Origin: Octopus sinensis
Lineage: Eukaryota
Direction of reading: 5' to 3'
NCBI RefSeq assembly: GCF_006345805.1
Contig: NC_043008.1
Span: forward strand, 38,440,001 to 38,504,000
DNA: 64,000 nucleotides
In this document: piece by piece, positions 12,451 through 25,404 of the stretch
How positions within the stretch are numbered: the first letter of the stretch is position 1
How the letters are laid out: each line of letters starts with the position of its first letter
Translations under genes and position numbers: made by a program
Notes under the pieces: model-generated
Told to the model about the DNA's origin: nothing
Database searches by the model: none
The model's input: the letters and a program-made list of their open reading frames with translations, nothing else

Positions 12451-13128
12451 TATACGAATATAAACAAGAAGCGTAGTAATATTATTTACTACCAGGTGCC
12501 CAGCACAAAAGACGAATTAGTCATAAGACAAAAATATTATTCATATAGAAAAATATTATTCATGTAGTTATACAATTAAGGGCTCCTAAATTAAGATGCC
12601 GAGTGCTGGGAACACAAAAAGGGGATGAATTTATCGAGAGTGAAAATCAAAAACGTTTACCGATAACTTTAACAACTCGAACCGCACGGTTTCTGCTTCT
12701 TTCTAGCAAAACACAGAATATGTTTGCTAAGGCTGGCTTCGTCAGTGAGTCGCCTAAATTGAATCGAGGTCTGCAGCGATGTGGGACCATGTGTTGATCT
12801 CGACTACTAGCAGATCTTAACTTTTCAAATCTCTGCGCAGACGCAAAACTTACACGGCAGTATAGGGCATGCCGGGAAGAATTTTACGAATAAATCCATC
12901 ATGTAATATGCGAATATAAACAAGAAGGGTAGTAATATTATTTACTACCAGGTGCCCAGCACAAAAGATGAATTAGTCATAAGACAAAAATATTATTCAT
13001 ATAGAAAAATATTATTCATGTAGTTATACATTAAGGGCTCCTAAATTAAGATGCCGAGTGCTGGGAACACAAAAAGGGGATGAATTTATCGAGAGTGAAA
13101 ATCAAAAACGTTTACCGATAACTTTAAC
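12451..13128 (-). mobile_element. 1.5-mer of a 456-bp unit (Penelope/retrozyme-like, non-autonomous)
   Basis: Direct repeats 12451-12673 and 12907-13128 differ at 4 positions and flank a 233-bp unique segment containing an HHR-like motif. No ORF. Both ends lie in (TA)n. Confidence 0.7.
12674..12751 (-). ncRNA. Type I hammerhead-like motif with imperfect closing pairs
   Basis: Minus strand GACTCA-CTGACGA-A-GC...TAGCAAAC/GTTTTGCTA hairpin...GC-A-GAA-ACCGTGCGGT-T-CGAGTT. Core and stem III are canonical; there is an A.A mismatch at the base of stem II and C.A at the base of stem I. Confidence 0.45.
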
Positions 13129-13131
13129 TGA

Positions 13132-13196
<65 letters not shown>

Positions 13197-13489
13197 TTGT
13201 GTGTCTGTGTTTTTACCCCTAACATCGCTTGACAACCAATGCTAGTGTGTTTACATCCCCATAGATTAGCAGTTCAGCAAAAGTGACCAATAGAATAAGT
13301 ACTAGGCTTACAATGAATAAGTCCTGGGGTCGATTTGCTTGACTAAAGGTGGTGCCCCAGCATGACCACAGTCATATGACTGAAACAAGTAAAAGGGTAA
13401 AAGAGTCTTGATATATATTGGCATTCTGTCAACTGCACTGAGGAAATGGAGGAGTTCTTTGTATGGTCATTTGGTGCTAGTAAAAATCA

Positions 13490-13740
13490 GTCAACCATCA
13501 GCCAAACATTATCCCTGTGTCCAGGTGTCAGTTTGCCAAGACTCTTCAGCTGCCCTTGTGTTATGCTGCATTTATACAATCAGATCAGTTTTTTGTTTCC
13601 AGTCCACTCTTTGATGTCATAATTCTACAAGCATCCTTGATACCTCCTTATTTTCTTTACTTCCATACTTCCTCTCAAGATGGGCTTGGACAGCAGCCTG
13701 TGGTGCATGCCATGTCCAAAATAATATGAATGGGATACAT
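13490..13740 (-). mobile_element. RTE (BovB-like) LINE 3' fragment
   Basis: Translation YFGHGMHHRLLSKPILRGSMEVKKIRR....*NYDIKEWTG matches the RTE C-terminal YFGHxxRHxxLxKxILQGxVEGxRxRGR...NIKEWTG motif. Confidence 0.75.
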
Positions 13741-13913
13741 CTGGTTCATATCAGAACAACTACCCCCCAGGAAAATTACTCCCCTTGGTTTATTACCCCC
13801 TCTCCAATATATTAAGAAGTTTTAAATCATCATCTGTTTTCTCAGAGGTACTTATCCTTGGTAGGGGGTTTATTGCCCATGGTGGAGTAAATGTCCCAGA
13901 CTCAACCGGTTTA

Positions 13914-14150
13914 GAGTGAGGCTCATGGCTTAGTGGTTAGGGTGTTGGACTCATGATTGTAAGATTGCGGCTTCATTTCCTGGACTGGGTGATGCATTGT
14001 GTTCTTGAGCCAAACACTTAATTTCATATTGCTCCAACCAACTCCAACCAACTCAGTTAGTAAAATGGAGTAATCCCATAAGTGACTGGTATCCCATCCA
14101 GAGAGGAATATATATGCCAGGGAAACTAGAAAATCAGCTCTATGCTCCTT
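13914..14150 (+). mobile_element. tRNA-derived SINE, family C/D
   Basis: TGGCTTAGTGG A box; body matches 2695-2900. Confidence 0.75.
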
Positions 14151-14197
14151 ACAGAGTAATGTGGACTGACCAAATCCAGTTTAGAACTGGGAAGGGT

Positions 14198-14503
14198 TTG
14201 TTGTTTGTTCCTCCTCAAGCCACACCTGGCTCATAAAGATCGATTTCCAGGTTTCCTAGGCATATAGGTTCCTCACCTTGATGGGACACCGGTCTGTCAC
14301 AGGTGAGCTGCAAGATGCAGGAGGAAAGAGTGAGAGAAAGTTGTGGCAAAAGAGTCAGCAGAAGTTTGCCATTACCTTCTGTCAGAACCGCATGGAGTTT
14401 AGGTGTTTTGCTCATAAAAATACACATCGCCCAGTCTGAGATTTGAACCCGCAGTCCCTCGACCGTGAGTCTGCTGTTCTAACCTCTAGGCCATGTGCCT
14501 CCA
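14198..14503 (-). mobile_element. Full-length tRNA-derived SINE (family C) with TSD
   Basis: Head TGGCCTAGAGG...GGTTCAAATC, (AACA) tail, and a 10-bp TSD TGGGAAGGGT at 14188-14197 and 14504-14513. Confidence 0.9.
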
Positions 14504-14686
14504 TGGGAAGGGTATATATCTCAAATGAGAATTATTACTTGATATAATCGTATAGATACTTAACGTCTATGAAATGTCAACACACATGAATACTCTATAT
14601 GATATATTTACTGCATCCACCACATTTGAACTATATTTTCTCAGCTATATACAGGGTAAATTCCATATATATATATATATATATAA

Positions 14687-14687
<1 letters not shown>

Positions 14688-14754
<67 letters not shown>
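14688..14754. repeat. (AAT)n microsatellite
   Basis: Direct reading. Confidence 0.95.
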
Positions 14755-15031
14755 GGAAATATGATTCCAAACTTACAGGGAAAAATTCAATTTAGTAATA
14801 CTAAATCAAATTTCACAATATATAATACATTTATATAAATTAGAAAAGAACCACTGTGAAGCAATTCAACAATGATATACTTAAATCATACCATATAGAA
14901 AAAAATTAAATTAAAGATACAATATCTTTAATATCGTATCTTTATTTCTTTTCTATATGGAATGATTTAAGTATATCATTGTTGAATTGCTTCATGGTGG
15001 TTCTTCTCTAATTTATATACATGTTTTATAC

Positions 15032-15077
<46 letters not shown>

Positions 15078-15517
15078 ATGATATATATATATATATACAT
15101 ATATACATATTGAATTTTTCCCTGTAAGTTTGAAGTTATACTCCCTGATATTATATATATATATATATAATTATTTAAAGCCTATTCAAATGTGTCAAGA
15201 ATTTTCCATGGCTAGCAACAGGCTTTGAACCGCAGATCTGTTTCATTGATAATCCACCGATGCCATAACTCACTCAGTTGTAACTCTTACCAATTTCTTA
15301 TTCAGAGATTTCCATATAAAGAGGAACGAAATGCCTTCATTAATTCTAACACAAGAAATCCTGATATTTTATTTATGTTGATCTAACAATTAAAAAGGAA
15401 AAGACTTTATAAATATAAATACATTTCTGTCTGCCCTTAAAGCCTTTATATAAAACAGATTCTTCTTCTGCAATCAACAAATAATATATATACATACATA
15501 TATATATATATATATAG

Positions 15518-15548
<31 letters not shown>

Positions 15549-15693
15549 CCTATCTGTCAGTCAGTTTGTCTATTTGCCTATCTGTCTCTGTGTGTGTCTC
15601 TCTCTCACACACACACACGCACACACACATACATACATATATACCTGCATGCATACATACATACATACATACATACATACATACATACATACA

Positions 15694-15727
<34 letters not shown>

Positions 15728-15968
15728 CATACATACATATCAAGAAAATATGAAAAGTATATCTGTTCATCAAAAGTTTATTAATCTGAACAAGACTGAA
15801 AAGAATACACATTGCTGAAAGAATTTCATGTGTGTGTGTGTGTGTGTTTGTGTGTGTACGTGCGTGTGTGTGTGTGCGCGTGTGTCTGTATGTGTTTGTA
15901 TGTATGACTGCCTGTGAGTGGGATAACCAAATTTGCTTGTGTGAGTATGCATCTGTGAGAAAACCAGA

Positions 15969-16026
<58 letters not shown>

Positions 16027-17224
16027 CCCTCAACGTAAATATGACTTTATTAAAGAATTCCTAAAGAATTACATTTTCAGCATGAAAATACCAAATAAAT
16101 ATATCTTTTGTTTGAAGCAAAGACAAGATGATCAATAATTCTGGCTAATGAACCTGTTATTTCGACAATTTCAAATGACGAATCAATTGATAGATTGTAA
16201 AGAAGAAAATAAACCAAAAAAAAAAAATGAAAAAAAAAATACAAAATTAAAATTAGAAACTATTCAGGAAAGAAAGAAAATAAAACAAACCAAAAACCAT
16301 ACACAAAGATCCCTAATGCAGGCTTTTCCACTAATTGCACATCAAATTCAGTAGCAATACTATAATTTTTACCAGAGTTAATACATTTCATTTTGTATTT
16401 TTATATTTTGTTCCTTTTTATTAATTTTTTTTTTCTTGTGGGGTTTTTTAAGCAAAGATTTGGGAAATCTAATTATATCTTTGTTAAGTTCTGCTAAGCA
16501 AACTGTGTTATGTAATTGTCTTTATTTAAACAAAATCTGAAAAAAAAAAAATTATAACACAAAGCGTCCTCTGTTGTGCTATTTAAATGTCACAGAAGTA
16601 TGAGCCGATGTGCTATAATTTTAATAACAGTTCTCGTTGTTATGTTACTTCGTACATTCAAGAAATGAAAGCTGATATATTTATTGAAAGAGACTTCTCA
16701 TTTTCAGAAGAGAATTGCGGTCTGATTAATCTTTCAGAATGGCTCTGAGTAAAGTAAACAAATAATTTACAATTTGGATCCGTCAGTAGTTTCAATCAGT
16801 ACAAAACTTTCAAAAGAATAGATAAAAAAAATTTTTTTAAATGTGTCCAGTCAATTTTTTCTTCCGTTTCTGTTGAATGTTAATACAGAAATAGAAATAA
16901 AGTTAGAAAAATGAATTGCATAATTTAATCTCTTTCTATATCTGTGTGTTGTGTGTCTGTTGTCTGTGTGTGTGGCTGGGTGTGTGTATATTCATGAATA
17001 TACATACATAGATATACAATGTAAAGTGAGGTCTAATATGCTGAAGGAAGAAGCAGAAGAGAATTTGCTGTTTCAAGTGAAGCCCTTTATCAAAGACAGG
17101 TGAGATGTAGAGCAAAATTAATTAAAGGTAAAAGAGAGGAAAGGTATGATATAAAAAAAAAAGCTGCCTGTTCATGTGGCGGATCAATGGATGTGTTTGT
17201 GTGTATGCATGTGTGTATGTGTCT

Positions 17225-17261
<37 letters not shown>

Positions 17262-18408
17262 GTGTGTGTGTGTACAACTAAAAATATTCCATGTTGTTTT
17301 TTCTTTTTTTTTAAGTATAATTACTGGGGAAAATCTAGCATGAAGATATGAGCACCAGGTGGTTATATTGTACAATATCCTATATCTCATTGTTTTTGAT
17401 GTGCTATTAATATATAATTAGCTTTGCATCCAATGGCAATCAACCATATCGCCATATATCTTAGTGGGGGAGATAATTATGCTTAAAGTTTATTATAATA
17501 ATCTGCCTGTTACATCATGCTTCCACCAGAAAGAAAAAAAAACTGCACTGACTAAAAGCAGATTTCATTTCTCTATACTTTTTATGTATTCTTTTTCTGG
17601 GGTTTTTTTTGCCTTATATTTATATTTTTTATATACTTCTTTTGTCCACATTTTCTCTGCATCTCTTCCTTCTTTGTTGATAAAATATCAGTGGTATCAT
17701 AATGTATGTATGTTTTAAATAAGATGTTTATAAATGTTTTCCTTGAAGTTCTAAATTAATTGTTAGAAGAGGTATTTAATTTTTGATATTGTCAATTCAG
17801 CAATCCCAACAGGACTTCTTTGCTTGGAATAGTTGTGCTTAAACATTTGATACATTGTTTCTGCCTTTTTCATTCCATTACATTTGTTTGAAAAAAGATT
17901 TGAGCACTTTGTGAACCAGTCTATTTCGGGGTGGGGAACAGGGATGCTATTGGAAAATAAACAAAATTAATTTACTCTTTAAGGCTAAACAGCTAAGAAC
18001 TTCACTTAGCAATCACAAGAACCAGAGTTCATTCCCACTGTGTGGCATCTTGAGTAAGTGACTTTTATGATTGCCTTGAGTTGGAGCAAACCTTGTGAAT
18101 GAAATTGAGTGGATGAAAACAGTATGGAATCCTGTAAGATACATTGAATCTGTAATTCAAATGCACAGTGTCATCTTGATTCTACTAAGGGATTATGTTA
18201 ATGGATCTTGTATCTGTAAACCCAGCCACATAAACTAATTCAGTTGATTAAATAACTGAATCCTTATGGTTGAGTGCAGATTAAATCCATTTATCATTTT
18301 TTTTTATTTTATTATTATATTTCCTTGAGATCACAAATAAGGAAACCTGGTGTCATATGACAAAGAAATGGTGTTTCAATGATTTCTGTGAACAGGTTAT
18401 TGTATGTT

Positions 18409-18640
18409 AAGGCGGCGATCTGGCAAAAACATTATCTCCCCGGCTGAAATGCTTAGTGGTATTTCACCTGCCACTATGTTCTGAGTTCAAATTCCACTGA
18501 GGTCGACTTTGCCTTTCATCCTTTTGGGGTTGATTAAATAAGTGCCAGTTATGCACTGGAGTCGATATAATCGACTTAATCCGTTTGTCTGTCCTTGTTT
18601 GTTCTCTCTGTGTTTAGCCCCTTGTGGGTAGTAAAGAAAT
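18409..18640 (+). mobile_element. Full-length SINE family B with TSD
   Basis: Head GGCGGCGATCTGGC, B-box-like GAGTTCAAATTCC, core CTTTGCCTTTCATCCTTT.GGGG; 15-bp TSD AGGTTATTGTATGTT at 18394-18408 and 18641-18655. Confidence 0.92.
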
Positions 18641-20004
18641 AGGTTATTGTATGTTTTCAACATGTCAACCACCACATGTGCCACTGGTGCTTCATTACAG
18701 ACTTCATACAGCCATCATATGCACCATCAGTGGTACATTTTCATAATTTCAGAAGATATGTTATTCTCTATCTTTGACATGGTTTCGAGGATACTTAAAT
18801 AACATGGGTGCTAAATACCGAATTCAAATTTTGGCACAAGGCCGGCAATTTTTGGGTAGGGATAAGTCTATTACATCAAGCCTAGTTCTCAATTGGTACT
18901 TATTTTATCCACCCCAGAAGGAAGAAAAGTAAAGTCGGCCTCGGCAGAATTTGAACTCAAACAAGTGCTAAATATTAAAGTTTAATTATGAAATATTGTA
19001 AAAATGCAAAACAATTCCATTTCCTTGTAATTGAACAATATGCAGTGTGACTGGAAATATGTGGCATCACTGGTAAGTTCCAGAAGCAGGCTGTGGTGGT
19101 CAGCGTGTTAATATGCTTCATGAAATACACTTCCAATAATGCAGGGAACTATGGGAAAGAACAATGTAATAGAGAATTCAATGCTAACAGTTGAAAGGTC
19201 AGCATTTTACTTTACAGTAGGGCATGCACCTATCCCATAGCAATTATTTACATCTTTATTGACTGGAAACATATCAAACCACATACTAATAAGTTTGCTA
19301 AGATCTTCAAAACATGATTTGATGCAAGAATTTTAAATCTTTGACTTTTGAATTTACTATGACCCGAAGTAGATTAACTTTGATCTCTTTGACAAAAGTT
19401 TGCTTGATGCTATTTATTGAAGTAAGTAAAATCTTTGAGGAATTTAATATTATAATAAAGAAAAGATAACAAATTGCATTGAAATAGTTTACAACAATAA
19501 CTACCACCACCATTATCATCAGTATCTCAGCAGTTTTATACCAATTATACATTTTAGATTTTATGAATCTATAATTCATCTCTTTCCTTAGCATGATTAT
19601 GCATAAAAGCCTTCGACCAAGTAAACTGAATTCTGTTCTGAATACTACTCAAAGTTCAATTTATTGAATTCTGCCATACGTACCATTTCAGCAGTGGATA
19701 TTAAACTTTTCAAGCAAACATGTGTCACCCATATTAAAACTATATCTATATTAACTGAGTCATTTTCCCCCACATATATTTAATATACAGTCAATATATT
19801 TAATATACAGTCACTTCCATAGCTCAAGACCAATGTTGTTTTGTAAGTTAGCATTCTACACCCAACAAATAATGTCCTTCTCATTCTACACCAGTTGTTG
19901 TAGATCCTCTGTAGTTATGTCCCATCATAGGAAATATTTGGTAGGTGTACGTCAGACATTTACAAAATAATTAAATTAATGAGATTTTATTTATTAAATA
20001 ATAT

Positions 20005-20385
20005 TGGTTTCAAATTCTCGCACAAGGCCAGTAATTTTGGGGCTGGGTGTTAAGTCGATTATATTGATCCCCAGTACATAACTGGTACTTATTTTATTGA
20101 CTCCAAAAGGAGCAAAGACAAAGATGACCTCGGTGGAATTTGAGACAAAACACCAATTTCTTTACTACCCACAAGGGGCTAAACACAGAGAGGACAAACA
20201 AGGACAGACAAATGGATTAAGTCGGTTATATCGACCCCAGTGCGTAACTGGTAATTATTTAATCGACCCCAAAAGGATGAAAGGCAAAGTTGACCTCAGC
20301 GGAATTTGAACTCAGAACGTAGTGGCAGACAAGATACCGTTAAGCATTTCACCCAGCATACTAACAATTCTGCAAGTTAGCTGCC
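20005..20385 (-). mobile_element. Two stacked family B SINEs (variant 3' part 20005-20147; full copy about 20153-20385)
   Basis: Reverse-complement matches to 2459-2675 and 18409-18640. Confidence 0.8.
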
Positions 20386-20517
20386 TTTTTTTAATTAAAT
20401 AATATTAAATTATCTCTAGCAGAACCAATATCTCTCTGCTGTGTCTTTATGGTTTATTCTCTGTGAATCTTTGATGTTATAACCAGATATATTTTGTCAG
20501 CTAACCTACACAACAAC

Positions 20518-20740
20518 CCTTTTGATATCATACCACCTGAGACTTTCCCTAGTTCTATGGAATAAAGTTTCAGTTTAAAGTTATGTAAATTAAAACATTT
20601 TTATCCAAATTTCATGTTAATTTATGTTCCAAACACCAGTTTAAAATGAGAATGTTATTTTGATAAATCTTTTATTATTAGTTTCAAAATTAATTGAAAC
20701 AAGACAGTTTCTTTCAGCAGAAATATGGTTACAAAATGTT
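20518..20740. mobile_element. Decayed piggyBac-type MITE (related subfamily)
   Basis: Left end AACCCTTTTGATA, right end GTTACAAAATGTTGA, and internal similarity (AAATTTCATGTTAATTTATGTTCC...TTATTTT) to 25736-25955. Confidence 0.45.
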
Positions 20741-20914
20741 GATCAGAAGAGCAAACCAAAAGGAGACAAAATGACAAGAGAATGAGTAGGATTCTTGTTT
20801 TTCTTGAATTCATAACTCACTAAGGAACATAACAGCCAATTATATATTCAGAGCTGCCATTCACAAGTATCTCTAATGTTCTGCTAAGCCTTATGTACTT
20901 ATAGGTTTGTGAGC

Positions 20915-20958
<44 letters not shown>

Positions 20959-20988
20959 ATGCATGTATATATATATAATATATATATA

Positions 20989-21028
<40 letters not shown>

Positions 21029-21033
21029 ATGTA

Positions 21034-21085
<52 letters not shown>

Positions 21086-21382
21086 ATATGTATAGATATT
21101 TATATATATATCATCATCATCATCATCATATATTATTCAAAGGAACTCCAGCTCTGTCTGATTTTTATGTTTTATTTATATTCTTTATAATATTAATGTA
21201 GAATATAGAATATATAGTATAGATAGTATATATAGTAAAATGAAATGAAGTATTGATTGTCTTATTGAATAGATGAAATATTGAATATCAAATATTAAGG
21301 GACTGGTATATTTTCTTGCATTAAAGCAGTCTTCAAGGTCCCAGGTTGTGACAGGAGTGTTTCAACTCAAACTATGTTCAAA

Positions 21383-21421
<39 letters not shown>

Positions 21422-22945
21422 TACTGGTTTCAAATTCTGGCACAAGGCCAGTAATTTTGTGGGTTGGAGTTAAGTTTAGATTTTATGAATCTATAATTCA
21501 TCTCTTTCTTTAGTATGATTATGCATAAACTCCTTCACACACACACACATATATATGTATGTATGTATAGATCAGTTGCAGAATTCATTAGAATCTAAGT
21601 ATATCAACATGTAGGATATGTGGATTGGCTGGGTACGTAGTGGTGAGTTTACACTACATTGAAGCAACACAAGAGTCGTCATTTGTTGGTAGTATACTGT
21701 ATGTATAAACACACACATGCATATCTCTCTATCTTTATAAAGATATGTGTGTGTATGTGTATCGTGTGTACATATAATTCAAAAGTGTCGCTGATATCTG
21801 TGACATTGTGAGCCTGCAGTGTTTATCAGTGAACCACATCGTAGTAGATACTTCTGATGCTTATGAACGAAAACGCTTCAACCTACAGCAACTACTGTAA
21901 AATCGAAAAACAAAATCAGAATGAAATAACTAGAAACAAGTTTTAGAATCATTGATTGAAAGGTTGTGTTCCAAACAAATCTGTTTTGCTATTTCTCTTT
22001 TACAGTTCTAAATGTCTATTTATCAAAAGATATTTAAATAGAACAGATAAACCTTTACTTACTAATGATAAATAACTAGTTCTGGCATTTATATTTGTTT
22101 TTATGAGATGTACTTTTCGTATAATAGATCGATATTCAGATCAGATACACATGAAAATATCTAGCTTTCATGATAAACATGGCTTAGCTTCTTAGTTTAC
22201 AACTGTCATTGGACATTTTCCTTGTTCGTGTTATAGGCCATGGGTGCTTCTATGGCGGCTGTAAAATGGAATTATGTATTTTGTGACTTTTAGGGGATAG
22301 AAAATATATATTTATAGGAGAGGATATAGATATGCTTTTACTTACATCGGAACATCTATATCAAAACCTCTTCAGTTTGTCTTTTTTTAATCATTTCTAT
22401 ATCCTTTTTCTCTATATTACCAAGAACCTTCTGGTTCTCTTTAATGATGATTAAGCAAAGTTACATTGCTCTAATCCCATTATGCATTGCCTCTCTTGTT
22501 GCCAAACAGTTTAATTACAGTTGTGTAACTGAAGTTCTTGATTAGCATCCACTTAAGTCATCAAGAGTAATCATTCAATTATATTTGATTATTGAGCTGT
22601 AAACCACTACAGGGTCACTCGATTTACTAGAAACAACAGTTAAATCTCTCTCAAATTACATCCCCAAAATCTTGGGAAAGAAAGGACACATTGAAAAATG
22701 TAATTCTACATATTTTCCTAAAAAGAGGGAAATGCTATGATGAGAATGTCTCTGATTTATGGTTTGTTTAACCAAGGTTAATTGCAGGAGTTAAACAGCA
22801 GCAGCTGAGTTCTAGCATTCTACCATCAAGGCATACTCAAACAATTACAGATTATGTTCTTCCTTCTCTGCCCAAAAAAGGTATTCATTTTCCATTTACA
22901 TTAATTCTTCTAAAGTTAATCTGCCCTAATTCGTGTTATACAAAT

Positions 22946-23163
22946 ACTTACTCTTTTACTTGTTTCAGTCATTTGACTGTGGCCATGCTGGAGCACCGCC
23001 TTTAGTCGAGCAAATCGACCCCAGGACTTATTCTTTGTAAGCCTAGTATTTATTCTATAGGACTCTTTTGCCAAACCACTAAGTTATGGGGACGTAAACA
23101 CACCAGCATCAGTTTTCAAGCGATGTTGGAGGGACAATCACAGACACACAAACATGCATACAT

Positions 23164-23236
<73 letters not shown>

Positions 23237-23413
23237 CACATACATATATATGATGGGCTTCTTTCAGTTTCCGTTTACCAAATCCACTCACAAGGCTTTG
23301 GTTGGCCCAAGGCTATAGTAGAAGACACTTGCCCAAGGTGCCACGCAGTAGGACTGAAACTAGAACCATATGGTTGGTAAGCAAGCTACTTACCACACAG
23401 CCACTCCTATGCC
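22946..23413 (-). mobile_element. SINE family A, full length
   Basis: Reverse-complement match over head, microsatellite and tail. Confidence 0.92.
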
Positions 23414-24669
23414 TTAATAAAAAGTGACTTCAAAGTTTTATAAGCTATAGCTTGAATAATCATACCTATATTTACCTACTCTCATGAGTTTTATAACCTG
23501 TTCTGCATTTGATGTACTACTGTTATTTTCATTTCTATGCTATGAAATTCAGGAGTAAGTTAATCTAGAAGAACCATTCCTCTTCATTCCATTGTTAAAG
23601 AAACATTCATCAATTTTACTGTGTTTCTTTAAAACAGACAGCTACACTACCTTGAGATACATACCTATACACAATCAAGTGAAGAAGATGGCCTTTCAAA
23701 ATTAATTGTCTTTCTCACAGGAATTAATTGTTTATCCCATGGCTAAAATGTACAGAAATGCCTGGTTGTCTGAGTCTCTTTAATATCTTAAGCAAATAAA
23801 CAATAACATTCTTGGAAGTATGATGCTATGTTGTTGAATAAAATTTATAACCTAACATCAGAGATCGGTAAGCAAGAACCATGTTCAAGATCAGATTACA
23901 AGTAAAATGAATCATCAACAAAACTTCATATGCCTCAAGGGGGGAAAGTGTTGATATGACAAAAATTCTAATCTGTAGAGACTGTGATATAATTACAAAA
24001 CATTTCAACTTTTAGCTGACTTCAAAAATAAGATAGCTTTATAAGTAACATTCTAAAAGAAGAAACAATTACCATATCAGAAATTATATTCATGCAGGTT
24101 CACACATATTCTTATAGCTTGGAATTGCAAAAGCACAAAGAGAAAACGCGAAGAAGAAAACAATACAGAATACAGATAACAAATGGCATTTGTTAGAAAC
24201 TTCAGTGTTAAGTTTTCAAGTCTAAAAAGAAGAATTTAATTGCTATAAAATGGGAAAATATACGATGAAAATCAAAACAAAAAAAAAAAGGAAATATTAA
24301 AATAAAGCTGAGAAAGAAGATCCTAATTGTATTTGTAATTGGTTTGTTTATCATTGCATGAAATGATTTATACATTTGCTTGTTTCAACATTAAGCTCTT
24401 CTCTTTCCTTTCAACAATCTCATGCTTGCAATGAGGTGCTAGTTTTCTTGTTCATTTACTAACTTTTATCAAATATTTATTTTCCCTTTCTATGTGTTTA
24501 ATTAGTAAGAATTCAATTGCTTGTATATAGTTAGAATTTCCTAAATGCAAGTATGTGTGCATGTATACACCCCTACATAAGTATGTGTGCATGTCTGTGT
24601 ATATATATGTCTATGTATACATACATATACATACACACATACACACACGCATCTCTCTCTCTCTCTCTC

Positions 24670-24713
<44 letters not shown>

Positions 24714-24738
24714 TATATATTATACATATATATATATT

Positions 24739-24802
<64 letters not shown>

Positions 24803-25404
24803 ATTATACATATATATATATACACACATATATATATATACATATATACATATGCATTATATGTTTATTTATACACATGTATGTGCATGTGCATGTGTAT
24901 GTAAATGTAATGTATGTATATGTATATCTGTATTTCTTTTAGTGTATGGATGTCCATAGAAAAATATCGTAGGTGTTCAAATGAATGCATGTGTATATGC
25001 TTGTTGTGTATTTGATTTTAAGATAGCTCAAAAGGTGTTTTATCAGTGACTTTATCTAACAAGAAAAACTAACAAGCAATGTTTTATGGAGATTTAAAAC
25101 AGTGATTTTAAAATAACTAGGGGAAAAAAATGTGCTTCAGAGTCTTTCAGAAACTTCATTTCAGAAATATTTTCTTTGAAATCAGAGCATTGTGACACAA
25201 CATCAGCAGAATCTTTGGTTAGTCTACAACTTTAGAACAAATGGAAGCACGGACGGCAGAGTGAGCAAGAGAGTGACTTAAATGAATCTAATCAATGTTG
25301 ATCAAAGAATATTTATGACTATAAAGTACTGCAAGCCACTAGACAGAGAACAGGCAGAAGAAAAGTCAGATTTGAATAGATTCACAGTGGAAATTCTTCT
25401 AGTG

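Larger units (their letters stand above)
12269..13406 (+). mobile_element. SINE family A interrupted by a 678-bp insertion in its central (TA)n
   Basis: 5' half at 12269-12450 and 3' half at about 13130-13406 align to intact copies. Confidence 0.9.

Noticed and set aside
12902-13128. Reading the 223-bp repeats as classical TG...CA LTRs of a TRIM
   Set aside because: TG and CA occur only at the inner ends, and there is no convincing PBS, PPT or TSD. Kept only as an alternative explanation.
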